From contig CBDCDA010000001.1 in assembly GCA_965215335.1 (NCBI GenBank), forward strand, positions 736,001-800,000: a DNA stretch of 64,000 nt, in the 5' to 3' direction. A program made the translations under genes and the position numbers. Numbering within the stretch: position 1 is the stretch's first letter; each line of letters begins with the position of its first letter. Below the pieces are notes generated by a model. The model was not told the DNA's origin and ran no database searches. It saw nothing but the letters and a program-made list of their open reading frames with translations. The stretch comes from an uncultured Candidatus Entotheonella sp. GTDB lineage: Bacteria; Tectomicrobia; Entotheonellia; Entotheonellales; Entotheonellaceae. Below are positions 32,403 through 42,914 of this stretch, one piece after another.

Positions 32403-34216
32403 ATGGAATACCGCCAACTAGGTTCAGGACTCATAACCAGAAGATGACCGTGGCAGCAATACAGATGGCGCTGTAGAAAGTGTGCGCACAGCGATCATAG
32501 CGTGTGGCGATACGGCGCCAATCCTTGAGGCGACCGAACAGGCGCTCGATGAGATTACGGCTCTTGTAAAGCTCCGTGTCGTAGACAATCGGCTCTTTAC
32601 GATTGGCACGGCCTGGAATACAGGGCTTGATCTTGCGCTCGGCAAGCGCCTTGCGCAGCCGGTTGCTGTCATAACCCTTGTCGGCAATCAGCACGTCGGC
32701 CTCCGGCAATGCGGGCAGCGCCATGTCTGCCCCGCGATAGTCGCTGACCTGGCCCGCAGTCAACACCATGACGACGGGCTTGCCGTCGCCGTCGCAGACG
32801 GCGTGAAGTTTCGAGTTGAGGCCGCCTCGGGTACGCCCGATATGGCGCGGAAAAGCCCCCCCTCGAGCAGGCTGGCAGCGGTGCGATGCGCCTTGAGATG
32901 CGTGCTGTCGATCATGACGGTCTCGGTGGCCGTGCTGTCGGCGGCCAGGGTTTGGAAGATGCGGTCGAAGACACCGGCCTTGCTCCAGCGCACGAAGCGG
33001 TTGTAGAGCGTCTTGTGGGGACCGTAGCAGGCGGGCGCGTGGCGCCACATCAGACCGTATCGAATGACGTGGATGATGCCGCTGATGACCTTTCGGTCAT
33101 CGACGCGCGGGACGCCGCGCACCTTGTTGGGTAGCAGGGGTTGGAGTCGGGCAAACTGCGCATCGGAGAGCCAGAAGTGATGATCGGGCATGATGAACCT
33201 CCCCATGGAGTCAGGGTCTTGAATCCGATATGTTCAATGATAACCCTTTATAGGTCCTGAGCCTAGGTCCGGCCGGTGTGCGGGTATCGGTCATCGGGCT
33301 GGGCACCAATCGCTTCGGCGACGAGGTGCTGCCGCAAAACGAGGTCAACCGGCTCATTGACGCAGCGCTGGACTTGGGCATCAACTTCATCGACTCGGCG
33401 GACATCTATCCGGCGCATGGCGGAATTCGGAACACGGGCAAAGCGGAGAAGACACTGGGCAAGGCGCTCGAGGGCCGTTGGGACAAGTTCGTCGTCGCCA
33501 CCAAATTCGTCATCTCCACTGGCGACGGCACCAACGACCGCGGGGCGTCGCGCTATCACATGATGCACCAAGTAGAAAAAAGCCTGAAGCGCTTGAAGAA
33601 CGACTCCATCGATCTGTATTACGTGCATCGCTGGGACCCGCAGACGCCGGTGGAGGAAACGCTGCGCGGACTGGACGACCTGGTGCGCCTGGGCAAGGTG
33701 AGGTACATCGGCTGCTCGGACTTCGCGGCCTGGCAACTGGCCAGAGCGAACGCCATCGCCGAGCTGCGCGGCTGGTCGCCCTTCGTGGCCATTCAGTCCG
33801 AATACCAACTGCTGGAACGCTATGTGGAACGCGAGGTGCTGCCCTACTGCCAAGCGCACAACGTCGGCTTCGTGCCCTACTATCCGCTGGCCGGCGGCTT
33901 TCTGACCGGCAAGTACCGGCGCGGCGAACCGGCGCCGGCAGGCTCGCGCGGAGAATTCAGCACACAGGTGCAGAAATACATGAAGGACGCCTATTACGAC
34001 ACCGTGGAACGCCTGCAATCCTGGGTGGAAACGCGTGGGCACGGCCTGAACGAGCTGGCACAGGCGTGGCTGCTGGCGCAGCCGCAAGTGTGTTCGGTGA
34101 TCACCGGCGCCACACGTCTGGAACACGTGCTGAGCAACGTCAAGGCTGCCGAGTGGAAACTGAGCGCTGCGGAAGTCGCCGAGGTCAACGCCCTGTTGGA
34201 GTCTCCATCGGAGTAA
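32403..34216 (+). pseudogene. Aldo/keto reductase interrupted by IS5 after codon 6
   Basis: MEYRQL (32403-32420) joins in frame to GPAGVRVSVIGLG (33266 onward); DSADIY, IDLYYVH and YYPLAGG motifs. Confidence 0.88.
32421..33263 (-). mobile_element. IS5-family element (IS427-like, two overlapping ORFs), copy A
   Basis: IRs GGTTCAGGAC / GTCCTGAGCC with CTAG at both ends; ORFs 32760-33206 and 32431-33048 carry IDST, ADKGYD and IERLFGRLK. Confidence 0.93.
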
Positions 34217-34630
34217 GCCCGGATGCTCAGGTCGCGGGGCCGGCGCTCCTGGGCGTCACTGAGGGCCTTCATGTGGGTCTCGAAACCGTGCATCAGCGTG
34301 ACACCCTCGCGCTCGACCAGATCCAGGCAGGCGGGCGCATCGAAGGTGGGCATGACGACCTGCTTGGTGCCGGTGAGCATAGACGTCAGAGCGCCCTCGG
34401 AATAGCCGGATGAAGAGCCAATCGTCACAGTTGTTGAGCCACAGGCAGACGTGATCCCCAAGGCGCACGCCGAGGGCGATCAATGCCTTGGCGGCGCGGT
34501 CGACCTCCGTTGCCACCTCGGCAAAGGTGAATCGTCGCGCCTCGAAAACCAACGCTTCCCGGCGCGGCAGCTTGTGCGCCATGCCGTCGGGCAGGCTGCC
34601 GAGGGTCCGTTTCTCATACCAATCGGCCAT
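34217..34630 (-). pseudogene. Internally deleted AMP-dependent acyl-CoA synthetase relic
   Basis: N-terminus (EALVFEARRFTFAE...GDHVCLWLNN) joined out of frame to a mid-domain piece (FDAPACLDLVEREGVTLMHGF); the rest is missing. Confidence 0.8.
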
Positions 34631-34809
34631 CGCAGGACTCCTTCCAGGTCTCGCCACGCCAAGTCCGGGTCGCCAAACCGGGGCACTGTATCACGTCCGC
34701 GGGCCACCGCCTCAATCCCCCCATCCCGCCTTGACCCCGCTCCGGGGCCGGACCTACACTGCCGGAAGCTCGTTACTCGCTACACAACCCTTGGCCGTCC
34801 GGGGGTTCA

Positions 34810-36063
34810 ATGACCTCCGAGCCGTATCCCTCAGGCCCGTTCCGGGCGTTCCGATACCGTCATTACCCCTTTCTGTGGCTGGCCAATTTCTTTTCCTACA
34901 CCTCGCGCTGGATGCAGGTGCCGCTGCTCGTCTGGATGATCCTCGAACTCACGGACTCGCCGTGGCTGGTATCGCTGGTGGGCTTCTTCAGCATGCTGCC
35001 CACCCTGCTGCTGGGCCTGGTCGGCGGCGTGCTGGTTGACAGGGTCGAACGCCGCCGCTTGATGACGATTACCCAAGGCATCTCGGTACTGGCGAGTTGC
35101 GCCCTCGCCTTCCTGATGCTGACCGACACCGTGCGAGTGTGGCACGCCTACGCCGCCGTGCTGGTCACCGGGGCATGCTGGGCGCTGAGCTTCCCGGCGC
35201 GGCGGGCGGCGATCTTCGACCTGGTTGGGCCAGCAGGGGTGACCAACGCCATTGCGTTGGACGCGATCGGCATGAACGGCAGCCGCATGGTCGGGCCAGG
35301 CGTGGCCGGGCTGCTCATCGGCCTGACGGGCGTAGCGGGCGGCGCCGTCGCGGTGACGGTGTGCTACGCGCTGAGCTACGTGTTCTTGCTGCCCTTCCCC
35401 CCCGGTGCCGGACAGCCTCGCACGGCAGCACGGCAGTCGGTGATGCGCAATCTCGTCGAAGGCATCGCCTACGTGCGCAGCAACCCCGTCATCCTGGCCA
35501 CGGTACTCGTCACCCTGATCATCAACCTGCTGATGTTCCCCTACGTGCCGATGGTGACGGTGGTGGCGCGCGACGTGCTGCACGTCGGACCGACCTTGAT
35601 CGGCACCTTGCAGGCGGCGGAAGGGCTAGGCTCGTCGGTCGGCGCCTCGCTCATCGCCCTGGCGGTCGGGTTGCGGTACCATGGACGGGTCTACGTGGGC
35701 GGCTCGCTCCTGTCGCTGCTGGCGTTGTTCGCCTTCTCGGTGTCGCAATGGTACGTCGTATCGTTCCCGGTGCTGTTTCTGCTGGGGCTAGGCATGGCGG
35801 GCTTCGCCACCATGCAATCGGCGCTGGTCCTGATCCTCGCCAAGGACGACATGCGCGGCCGGGCACTCGGCGTCATCAGTCTGGCGATCGGCGCCGGCCC
35901 GGTGGGGTCGCTGCTGATCGGTGCGGTGGCGGACAACGTCAGTCCAGTCTTTGCCATACGGATATTTGCGCTGACGGGGATTATGGTGCTGTCGGTGGCA
36001 GTGCTGGTATTGCCGAGGATCATGGACGCCACGCGAGAGATACTGAGCAGCGAGCGCCGGTAA
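34810..36063 (+). CDS. MFS transporter
   Basis: About 12 hydrophobic segments, GGVLVDRVERRR motif A, MRGRALG. Confidence 0.92.
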   Translation: MTSEPYPSGPFRAFRYRHYPFLWLANFFSYTSRWMQVPLLVWMILELTDSPWLVSLVGFFSMLPTLLLGLVGGVLVDRVERRRLMTITQGISVLASCALAFLMLTDTVRVWHAYAAVLVTGACWALSFPARRAAIFDLVGPAGVTNAIALDAIGMNGSRMVGPGVAGLLIGLTGVAGGAVAVTVCYALSYVFLLPFPPGAGQPRTAARQSVMRNLVEGIAYVRSNPVILATVLVTLIINLLMFPYVPMVTVVARDVLHVGPTLIGTLQAAEGLGSSVGASLIALAVGLRYHGRVYVGGSLLSLLALFAFSVSQWYVVSFPVLFLLGLGMAGFATMQSALVLILAKDDMRGRALGVISLAIGAGPVGSLLIGAVADNVSPVFAIRIFALTGIMVLSVAVLVLPRIMDATREILSSERR

Positions 36064-36078
36064 GGAACCGAGCGAGTT

Positions 36079-37017
36079 TCAAGCCTTCTCGCCGATTTCA
36101 CCGCTCGCCTGCATCTCCATCGGCAACAAACTGTGGTAAATGAAGGCGTGCAACGGCGTGACAACACCGACCTGCTCGCCCAGGCGCACCAGTGCCCCGG
36201 CCTGCGCGTCCAGTTCCGAGGGGCGGCCCTCCATGACGTCGCGCTGCAATGAGGTCGTGGCACCAGCGGGCAAACTATCCAGCAAAGCGCTACTGCGTTG
36301 CAGGGCATCCGCCGGCATAGCGATTCCCTGCGTCTTGGCGACGGCCAACACTTCACGACCGGCCTGATCGATCATGCCCCGAGCCTGCGGTAGTCGGCGC
36401 AGCACGCCCGCGGGCACGCGAGACACAGCCCCAACGATGCCCCAGCGCAGCACCAGGAATTTTTCCCATAACGGCACGCGGATGTCTGGCGCGATGGTGG
36501 CCGTGATGCCAGCCTGCTGCAGGGCGGCCTGAACGCCACCCAACCGACCCGTCTGGTCCGGTTGCAAAGCGCCAAACGTCACCGAGGGATCAATACCGAT
36601 GTGGCGGATACGACCCGGCACCGTGATGAAACTGTAGATGGCGCACAGGCCGCCCAGCACGGGCTCCGGGCCCAGGACCTTCGCCAACTGCGAGGACGCC
36701 TCCAGACCGTTTTGCAAGGGCAGCACCAGCGTGTCCGGCCCGAGCATCGGACCGAGACGGGCAACGGTTTCGGGGACTTGCCAAGCCTTCACGCCCATGA
36801 TGACGAGATCGACGGCGCCCAGGTCTTCGGGGGCACCGGTAGCCTGCACGGGCGAGACGGCGAAATCGCCGTTGATGCTTTCCACCCGCAACCCCTCTTG
36901 CAGCATGGCCTTCAGGTGCTCGCCACGGGCAACAAAGGTCACGTCGTGACCGGCCTGCGCCAACCGGCCGCCGAAATAGCCGCCGACACCCCCGGCACCC
37001 ACCACCGCGATACGCAT
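36079..37017 (-). CDS. panE: 2-dehydropantoate 2-reductase
   Basis: GAGGVGG, LQNG, WEKF and SLQRDVMEGRPSE motifs. Confidence 0.9.
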   Translation of the reverse strand: MRIAVVGAGGVGGYFGGRLAQAGHDVTFVARGEHLKAMLQEGLRVESINGDFAVSPVQATGAPEDLGAVDLVIMGVKAWQVPETVARLGPMLGPDTLVLPLQNGLEASSQLAKVLGPEPVLGGLCAIYSFITVPGRIRHIGIDPSVTFGALQPDQTGRLGGVQAALQQAGITATIAPDIRVPLWEKFLVLRWGIVGAVSRVPAGVLRRLPQARGMIDQAGREVLAVAKTQGIAMPADALQRSSALLDSLPAGATTSLQRDVMEGRPSELDAQAGALVRLGEQVGVVTPLHAFIYHSLLPMEMQASGEIGEKA

Positions 37018-37028
37018 GCGTTGACTCC

Positions 37029-37515
37029 CTATTTTCCCTGCCGAACCATTGGGCAGACGGTCGCCCGGTATTGCGCTTGACTGAACCTCAAAAATACCCT
37101 TGCTCCAGCACCTTGTCCGTCCTCTGGGACGGTGTCGTCAGTCATACGCTGAATCTTATCGATCATTCTCTGGAACACATCGGTATGGTATCTCGCTGAA
37201 TCGAGAAAATTTACATATTCGTGGCGCCGTTTGCGTCTGGCACCTGCACTTCTGTACTCCTGTCGGGTGTTCGAGGGCATCCGCTTGGCCTTGCGGACGA
37301 TAAAAACATCGTCGATATACGTTGATGTAATTGACACTGTAGTCATGTCGAGAAATTCACAAACAACGATTCGTTATGTCTACCAGTCGTTGGACAGTGT
37401 TCTTCCGTTCAGGTGTGACGGCTTCCATCTCCCGAATCCAGTTGTGATACTTCGAAAGTGCTTCCTCAACCCGGGGTCTGTCAGCAACGGGAAGGCGAGG
37501 ATTTCGCAATAGAAC
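37029..37515 (-). pseudogene. Bpu10I-like restriction endonuclease relic with internal deletion
   Basis: N-terminal LLRNPRLPVADRPRVEEALSKYHNWI joined out of frame to C-terminal CEFLDMTTVSITSTYIDDVFIVRKAKR; lower GC than flanks. Confidence 0.6.
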
Positions 37516-38040
37516 TGAAACCGTTGAATATCGGCGCTCCATTGATCTCGTTGACGCGCCTGATAGCTTCTGACAGAAGGTGTTGGTTTTTCTCCGGCGC
37601 ACCAGACGATACTGCAACAAGCGTTTTCTGAGCGACCCTTCTTCCCACATCGCAAGGAAGTGTTCCATCCCCATTCCAAGCTGTCCTGACGAAATTGAGA
37701 ATATCTTCTCGAATGGCATTCCCGAAACGATTCATGAAAATTCTCTTTTGACGAAGCGCGACGTCAAACATTTGTAATTCTGTGGCGATTCGCTCAATGA
37801 CGTCGGCATTGTAGAAAGGCGTTCCAAGAACCTGTGACTCGTAACCGACGACGATGGCTGCACGGCCATCGGGTTTAAGGACTCTTGCCAGTTCCCGAAG
37901 CGCTGCCGTCATGTCAATGCAGTAGCTGGATGACCGTATAGAATCTATTGCCTCGGTTGGCTCGGTTGGAACCGATCTCTGACCTCGCGTCAGAACGGCT
38001 CTTGTCTTCGATATTGAGCAGTTTTTGCGGCAGGGGTCTG
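37516..38040 (-). pseudogene. C-terminal fragment of an amino-type DNA methyltransferase, frameshifted
   Basis: SEIGSNRANRGNRFYTVIQ, a 1-nt shift, then YCIDM...RVLKPDGRAAIVVG...NRFG..IREDIL. Confidence 0.7.
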
Positions 38041-38051
38041 GCAAAATCGTT

Positions 38052-38921
38052 TCAGGCTGGAAATTGCCCGAGTTGCTTGTGAACCAGTTCGGCGTCAGGG
38101 TCGTACAGCGAGTCCACAATGGAAAAGTGGTCGAGGTCATCGGGCACGATGACCTCGGTGGGAGCGCCGCGGGCGCGCCAGAGGTCGGCCATCAGGCGGG
38201 TCTGGCGGTGGTATTCCTCGGACTCGTCGGCGCCCACGACGAGGAGCAGGGGCGCCTGGGTGGCGTATGACTGGCGTACCGGCGAGTTGCGGGCCGCCAT
38301 TTCCGGGGTCATGCGCAGCGTGTCGTTCAGGTAGGAACGCTGGATCGGATCGAGGTCGAACAGGCCGCTGATGGCGCAGACGCCTTTCACGGCATCCGGC
38401 GGGAGGCCGGGCGCAAACGCCGGCCAGTCGGTAGCGAGCATCATGCACGCCAGGTGGCCGCCTGCCGAGTGGCCGCAGACGTAGATGCGGTCCGGGTCGC
38501 CGCCATACGCCGCGGCGTGACGATACAGCCAGGCAATGGCCTCGCGGTTCTGGCGCACGATCTCGTCCATGTCCACCGTGGGTGCCAGGTCGTAATTGTT
38601 GATCACCGTCATGACGCCGTGCGGCCGCATGCCCGGCGCCACGTAGCTGCAGTCGGACTTGTCCAGCGAGTACCAATAGCCGCCGTGTACGAACACGTAG
38701 ACCGGCGTGCCCTGGCCCTCGGCCGGGAAGATGTCGATGGCCTCCTTGCGGCGTGGCCCGAAGGCCACGTCGAGATGCCCCTCCAGCATGGCGCGCGTCC
38801 TGGCGCTGAGCTCGCTCCAGGCGTTGAAGCGTTCCTTGTAGTCCGGGAAGCGCTGGCGGTTGTTGTACTGGACGTCGAGGGCTTGTTGATCCAGATCACG
38901 GTACACGAGCGGTGCGGACAT
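38052..38921 (-). CDS. Alpha/beta hydrolase, arylformamidase (kynurenine formamidase)-like
   Basis: HGGYW, GHSAGG, SGLFDL and DHF motifs; GGAGG RBS. Confidence 0.88.
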   Translation of the reverse strand: MSAPLVYRDLDQQALDVQYNNRQRFPDYKERFNAWSELSARTRAMLEGHLDVAFGPRRKEAIDIFPAEGQGTPVYVFVHGGYWYSLDKSDCSYVAPGMRPHGVMTVINNYDLAPTVDMDEIVRQNREAIAWLYRHAAAYGGDPDRIYVCGHSAGGHLACMMLATDWPAFAPGLPPDAVKGVCAISGLFDLDPIQRSYLNDTLRMTPEMAARNSPVRQSYATQAPLLLVVGADESEEYHRQTRLMADLWRARGAPTEVIVPDDLDHFSIVDSLYDPDAELVHKQLGQFPA

Positions 38922-38949
38922 CGTTCCTCCTCCGGTGCCGGCGCTTGTC

Positions 38950-39414
38950 TCAAGCGCCGGCGGGTTGTTGCAGCCGCTCGCTGATTCGCTGCTTATGTCC
39001 CGGCGTCGGCATGGCGGAACCGTCCGCCCGGATGGTGGCGTAGGTCGCCGGGCTGGTGAGTTCGAGCAGTTCGAGGTCCGCGGAATAGTCGCGCAATTCG
39101 TGCAGCAGGTCGCCCGGCACGGTGACGGCATCGCCTTCGCGATAGACGAGTTCCTCGTCGCGGTCGGCGTAATAGAAACTCACCCAACCCTTGAGCACCA
39201 GGGCGAACTGCATGTCAACGACGTGCCGGTGCAGGCCGTTGTGGCCGCCGTTCAGATGCCTGGCCTTGATCACGTGGGCATGAAAATTGCCGCCGGTGGC
39301 GTCGGCGAGGCCGAGGTCGCGGTAGACGAATTCCTCCCGCAGCCCGTCCGTCTCGTACTCGGCGCCGGCGGCGCGACTGACCACCAGTCGATAGTTCTTG
39401 CTCTCCTGCGACAT
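38950..39414 (-). CDS. Cupin-domain protein
   Basis: GLREEFVYRDLG, HRH, VLKGWVSF and GD..TVPG..LHE motifs. Confidence 0.85.
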   Translation of the reverse strand: MSQESKNYRLVVSRAAGAEYETDGLREEFVYRDLGLADATGGNFHAHVIKARHLNGGHNGLHRHVVDMQFALVLKGWVSFYYADRDEELVYREGDAVTVPGDLLHELRDYSADLELLELTSPATYATIRADGSAMPTPGHKQRISERLQQPAGA

Positions 39415-39432
39415 GATGCCCTCCTTGCGAAC

Positions 39433-39930
39433 TCAATCGATGATCTTGTTCAGCGGGTATTCGACGATGCCGCTCGCCCCCGCGTCCTTCAGACGCGGGA
39501 TGAAGTCGCGCACCACCGACTCGTCAATGACCGTGTTGACCGCCACCCAGCCGCCGTTGGCCAGCGACGAGACGGTCGGCTTTTGCAGTGCCGGCAACGC
39601 CTTGAGCACCTCGCCGAGGTGCCTTTCGGGCACGTTCATCATCAGCCCCACCTTGCCCTCGGCGGCGATGGCGCCGCGCAGCATGAGGGTGATGTTCTCG
39701 ATCTTCTTGCGCTTCCAGCCATCCTGCCAGGCCGCGGTGTTGGCGATCAGGCGCGGCGTGCTGACGAGAATGGTGTCCACAACGCGCAAGTCGTTGGCGC
39801 GCAGCGAGCTGCCGGTCTCGGTGACCTCGACGATGGCGTCGGCGAGATGCGGCGGCTTGACCTCGGTGGCGCCCCAGGAAAATTCCACGTGCGCCTGCAC
39901 GCCGTGACGCTTCAGGTAATCCGTGGTGAG
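39433..39930 (-). pseudogene. hisG: 3' part of long-form ATP phosphoribosyltransferase
   Basis: [27 protein letters not shown] and ACT-like tail ...EYPLNKIID; the N-terminal half is replaced by unrelated sequence. Confidence 0.85.
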
Positions 39931-40291
39931 GATGATCGGAACCATCATCGTCAAGCCGAAGCCGTAACCGCCCCCCCTGCACGTGCCGGCACGTATTTTC
40001 TCTTGACTCGCCAGTCCAAACGGTTCTACTCCCGCTGTCACGAACGAAAGGTGCAGAACGTGACGAAAAAAAACACTTTCAGAATGACGAGGCGTTCGCC
40101 CGCCGATGAGCCTCGCCATCTGCAACTGCTTCCTGCGGAAAGACGAACCTGCCTCGTCGCTCAAGGTCGACAAGTACCACGATTCGGCCGAGTCGGATTG
40201 ACGGGCCGGGACATGTAACGATGGCGTCGCTGGGGGAGAATCGCTAATGCCTCCTGCCGCCGGAACGGATGAATCTCGGTGAGGTCCGTCG

Positions 40292-41250
40292 ATGAAACGT
40301 CGAAACAGGGTGCTGGTGACCGGCGGGGCGGGGTTTCTCGGCTCTCACCTGTGCGACCGGCTGCTGGCGGAGAACAACGAGGTCCTTTGTGCCGACAATT
40401 ACCTCACCGGGTCTTCGGGACAACGTCGCCGCAGCGTTGTCGAACCCGAATTTCGAGGCCATCAGGCACGACATCACCTTTCCGCTCTATGTCGAGGTCG
40501 ACCAGATCTACAATCTGGCCTGCCCGGCGTCGCCGCTTCACTATCAGTTCGATCCGGTGCAGACGACCAAGGTCAGCGTATACGGCGCGATCAACCTGTT
40601 GGGACTCGCCAAGCGGGTACGGGCGCCCATTCCCCAAGCCTCGACCAGCGAGGTGTACGGCGACCCCGGCGTTCATCCGCAGACCGAGGACTATTGGGGC
40701 AACGTCAACCTGGTCGGGCCGCGCGCCTGCTACGACGAGGGCAAGCGCTGCGCCGAAACGTTGTTCTTCGACTACCAGCGGCCAGCACGACCTGCAGATC
40801 AAGGTGGCGCGCATCTTCAATACCTACGGGCCGCGCATGGCTGCTGGCGATAGCCGCGTGGTGTCGGCCTTCGTGGTGCAGGCGCTGCGCGGCGAGCCGC
40901 TGACCGTCCACGGCGACGGTGAGCAGACGCGGTCTTTCTGCTATGTCGCCGACCTGGTCGACGGTCTGGTGCGGCTGATGAACACGCCCCCCGAGGTTAC
41001 CGGACCGGTCAACCTCGGCAGAACGGAGGAGGTCACCATCCGTGAGCTCGCCGATGCGGTGCTTCGCCTGACTGGCTCGAAATCGACAATCGTCCACGTG
41101 GAGGCAGTGGAAGACGATCCGCGTCGGCGGCGACCCGACATCACGAAGGCCGGAACCATCCTTGGCTGGACGCCGACCACGCCACTTGAAGCCGGACTCC
41201 GGAAAACGATAGACTATTTCGACCATCTGCTGAGGTCGGCCCGCCGGTAG
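40292..41250 (+). pseudogene. UDP-glucuronate decarboxylase (UXS) with two frameshifts
   Basis: [34 protein letters not shown] and [10 protein letters not shown] spread over three frames. Confidence 0.88.
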
Positions 41251-41296
41251 TGGTCTTCGGGTGCACGATGGGGACGGGATCAGCGGAGCGCAGGTC

Positions 41297-42892
41297 ATGA
41301 CGCACACGGAACCGGACCTGAACCCCCGGCCGCCGCTGGCGAAGCGCAAGCTGCCCCTCGGCATCCAGACCTTCCGCACGATCCGTGAGGGGGGGTATTA
41401 CTACGTCGACAAGACCGATTACATCCGGCGGCTGGTGGGCGGCGGTGCGTACTACTTCCTGTCGCGCCCGCGGCGCTTCGGAAAGAGCCTGCTGCTGGAC
41501 ACCCTCAAGGAGCTGTTCGAGGGCAATGAGCGGTTGTTCGAAGGGCTTTACATCCACGATCGCTGGGACTGGTCGGCGCATCACCCGGTGGTGCGCCTGA
41601 GTTTCGGCGGCGGCAGCTTCAGGGAACCGGATCATTTGTACGCGAACGCGATGGCACAGCTAGACGCCGTTCAACGGCGAACCGGTGCGGTTTCCGAGTA
41701 CGCCACGGCGCCGGAACGGCTCGCGCACCTTCTGGAGGTGCTGCACGACCGCACCGGCGAGCGCGTGGTGGTGCTGGTGGACGAGTACGACAAGCCGATC
41801 GTGGACGCGCTCGCCGAGCCGGAGGTCGCCCGGACCAACCGCGACTTCCTGCGCGGCTTCTACGGCGTTGTCAAGGACAGCGACGCGCACGTGCGCTTCA
41901 CCTTCATCACCGGGGTCAGCAAGTTCGCCAAGGTCAGCCTGTTCTCGGACCTGAACAACCTCACGGACATTACCCTGGACGAGCGCTACGCCGGCATCTG
42001 CGGCTACACCGAGGCGGACCTGGACGCGGTGTTCGCGCCGGAGCTGCCGGGGCTGGACCGGCAGGCCGTCCGCGACTGGTACGACGGCTACGGCTGGCTG
42101 GGCGCGGAGCGGGTGTACAACCCCTACGACGTGCTGTTGCTGTTCGATAAGCGCCGGTTCGACGCCTGGTGGTTCGAGACCGGCACGCCGGCGTTCCTGA
42201 TCGAGCGACTGTTCCGGCTCGGCTTCCACTTCCCGAGGCTGAACGGCCTGCTCGTCTCCGACGATCTGCTGTCCGCTTTCGACGTGGACGACATGGAGCC
42301 GGAGGCGCTGTTGTTCCAGACCGGCTACCTGACGATCAAGGGCGTGGAGGGGGCGGACGACCCGACCCGGCTGCCGCGCTACCGCCTGGGCTACCCGAAC
42401 CGGGAGGTGCGCCGGGGCTTGGCCGGACGCCTGCTGCGCGCGGCGGTGCCGCGCGACGCGCGCGAGTTGGCGACGGGCGACGGGCTGCGCCGGCTGCTGG
42501 CGGCCAACGACTTCGGCGGCGTGGAGACGCTGTTCAAGGCGTTCTTCGACAGCATCCCCTACGAATGGTACGCCAACAACGACATCGCCAAATACGAGGG
42601 CTACTATGCGAGCGTGTTCTACGGCTACGTGGAGGGGGCGGGTCTGGACGCGACGGTGGAGGACAGTTCGAACCGGGGACGCCTGGACATGGCGGTACGG
42701 TTCAACGGCCATGTCTACCTGTTCGAGTTCAAGGTAGTGGCGTCCGCGCCGGAGGGCGCGGCCATGGCGCAGTTGCGGGCGCGCGGCTACGCAGCGAAGT
42801 ACCGCCACCTGGGTCAACCGATCCATCTGGTGGCGATCGAGTTCAGCAGGGAGGCGCGCAACGTCGTGGCCTTCGACGTGGAGCGGGCCTGA
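41297..42892 (+). CDS. AAA-ATPase-like plus PD-(D/E)XK nuclease (PDDEXK_9-type) protein, paralog 1
   Basis: LPLGIQTF, YYVDKT, RPRRFGKS, LVDEYDKP, WFETGTP, LLFQTGYLTI and GRLDM...FEFK motifs. Confidence 0.92.
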   Translation: MTHTEPDLNPRPPLAKRKLPLGIQTFRTIREGGYYYVDKTDYIRRLVGGGAYYFLSRPRRFGKSLLLDTLKELFEGNERLFEGLYIHDRWDWSAHHPVVRLSFGGGSFREPDHLYANAMAQLDAVQRRTGAVSEYATAPERLAHLLEVLHDRTGERVVVLVDEYDKPIVDALAEPEVARTNRDFLRGFYGVVKDSDAHVRFTFITGVSKFAKVSLFSDLNNLTDITLDERYAGICGYTEADLDAVFAPELPGLDRQAVRDWYDGYGWLGAERVYNPYDVLLLFDKRRFDAWWFETGTPAFLIERLFRLGFHFPRLNGLLVSDDLLSAFDVDDMEPEALLFQTGYLTIKGVEGADDPTRLPRYRLGYPNREVRRGLAGRLLRAAVPRDARELATGDGLRRLLAANDFGGVETLFKAFFDSIPYEWYANNDIAKYEGYYASVFYGYVEGAGLDATVEDSSNRGRLDMAVRFNGHVYLFEFKVVASAPEGAAMAQLRARGYAAKYRHLGQPIHLVAIEFSREARNVVAFDVERA

Positions 42893-42914
42893 ACACATGG
42901 ATAGAAAGATGGAT

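Noticed and set aside
40086..40158. Hairpin GACGAGGC...GCCTCGTC upstream of the glycan locus as a riboswitch or leader
   Set aside because: No recognisable aptamer or ops/JUMPstart motif; such stems arise by chance at this GC content.
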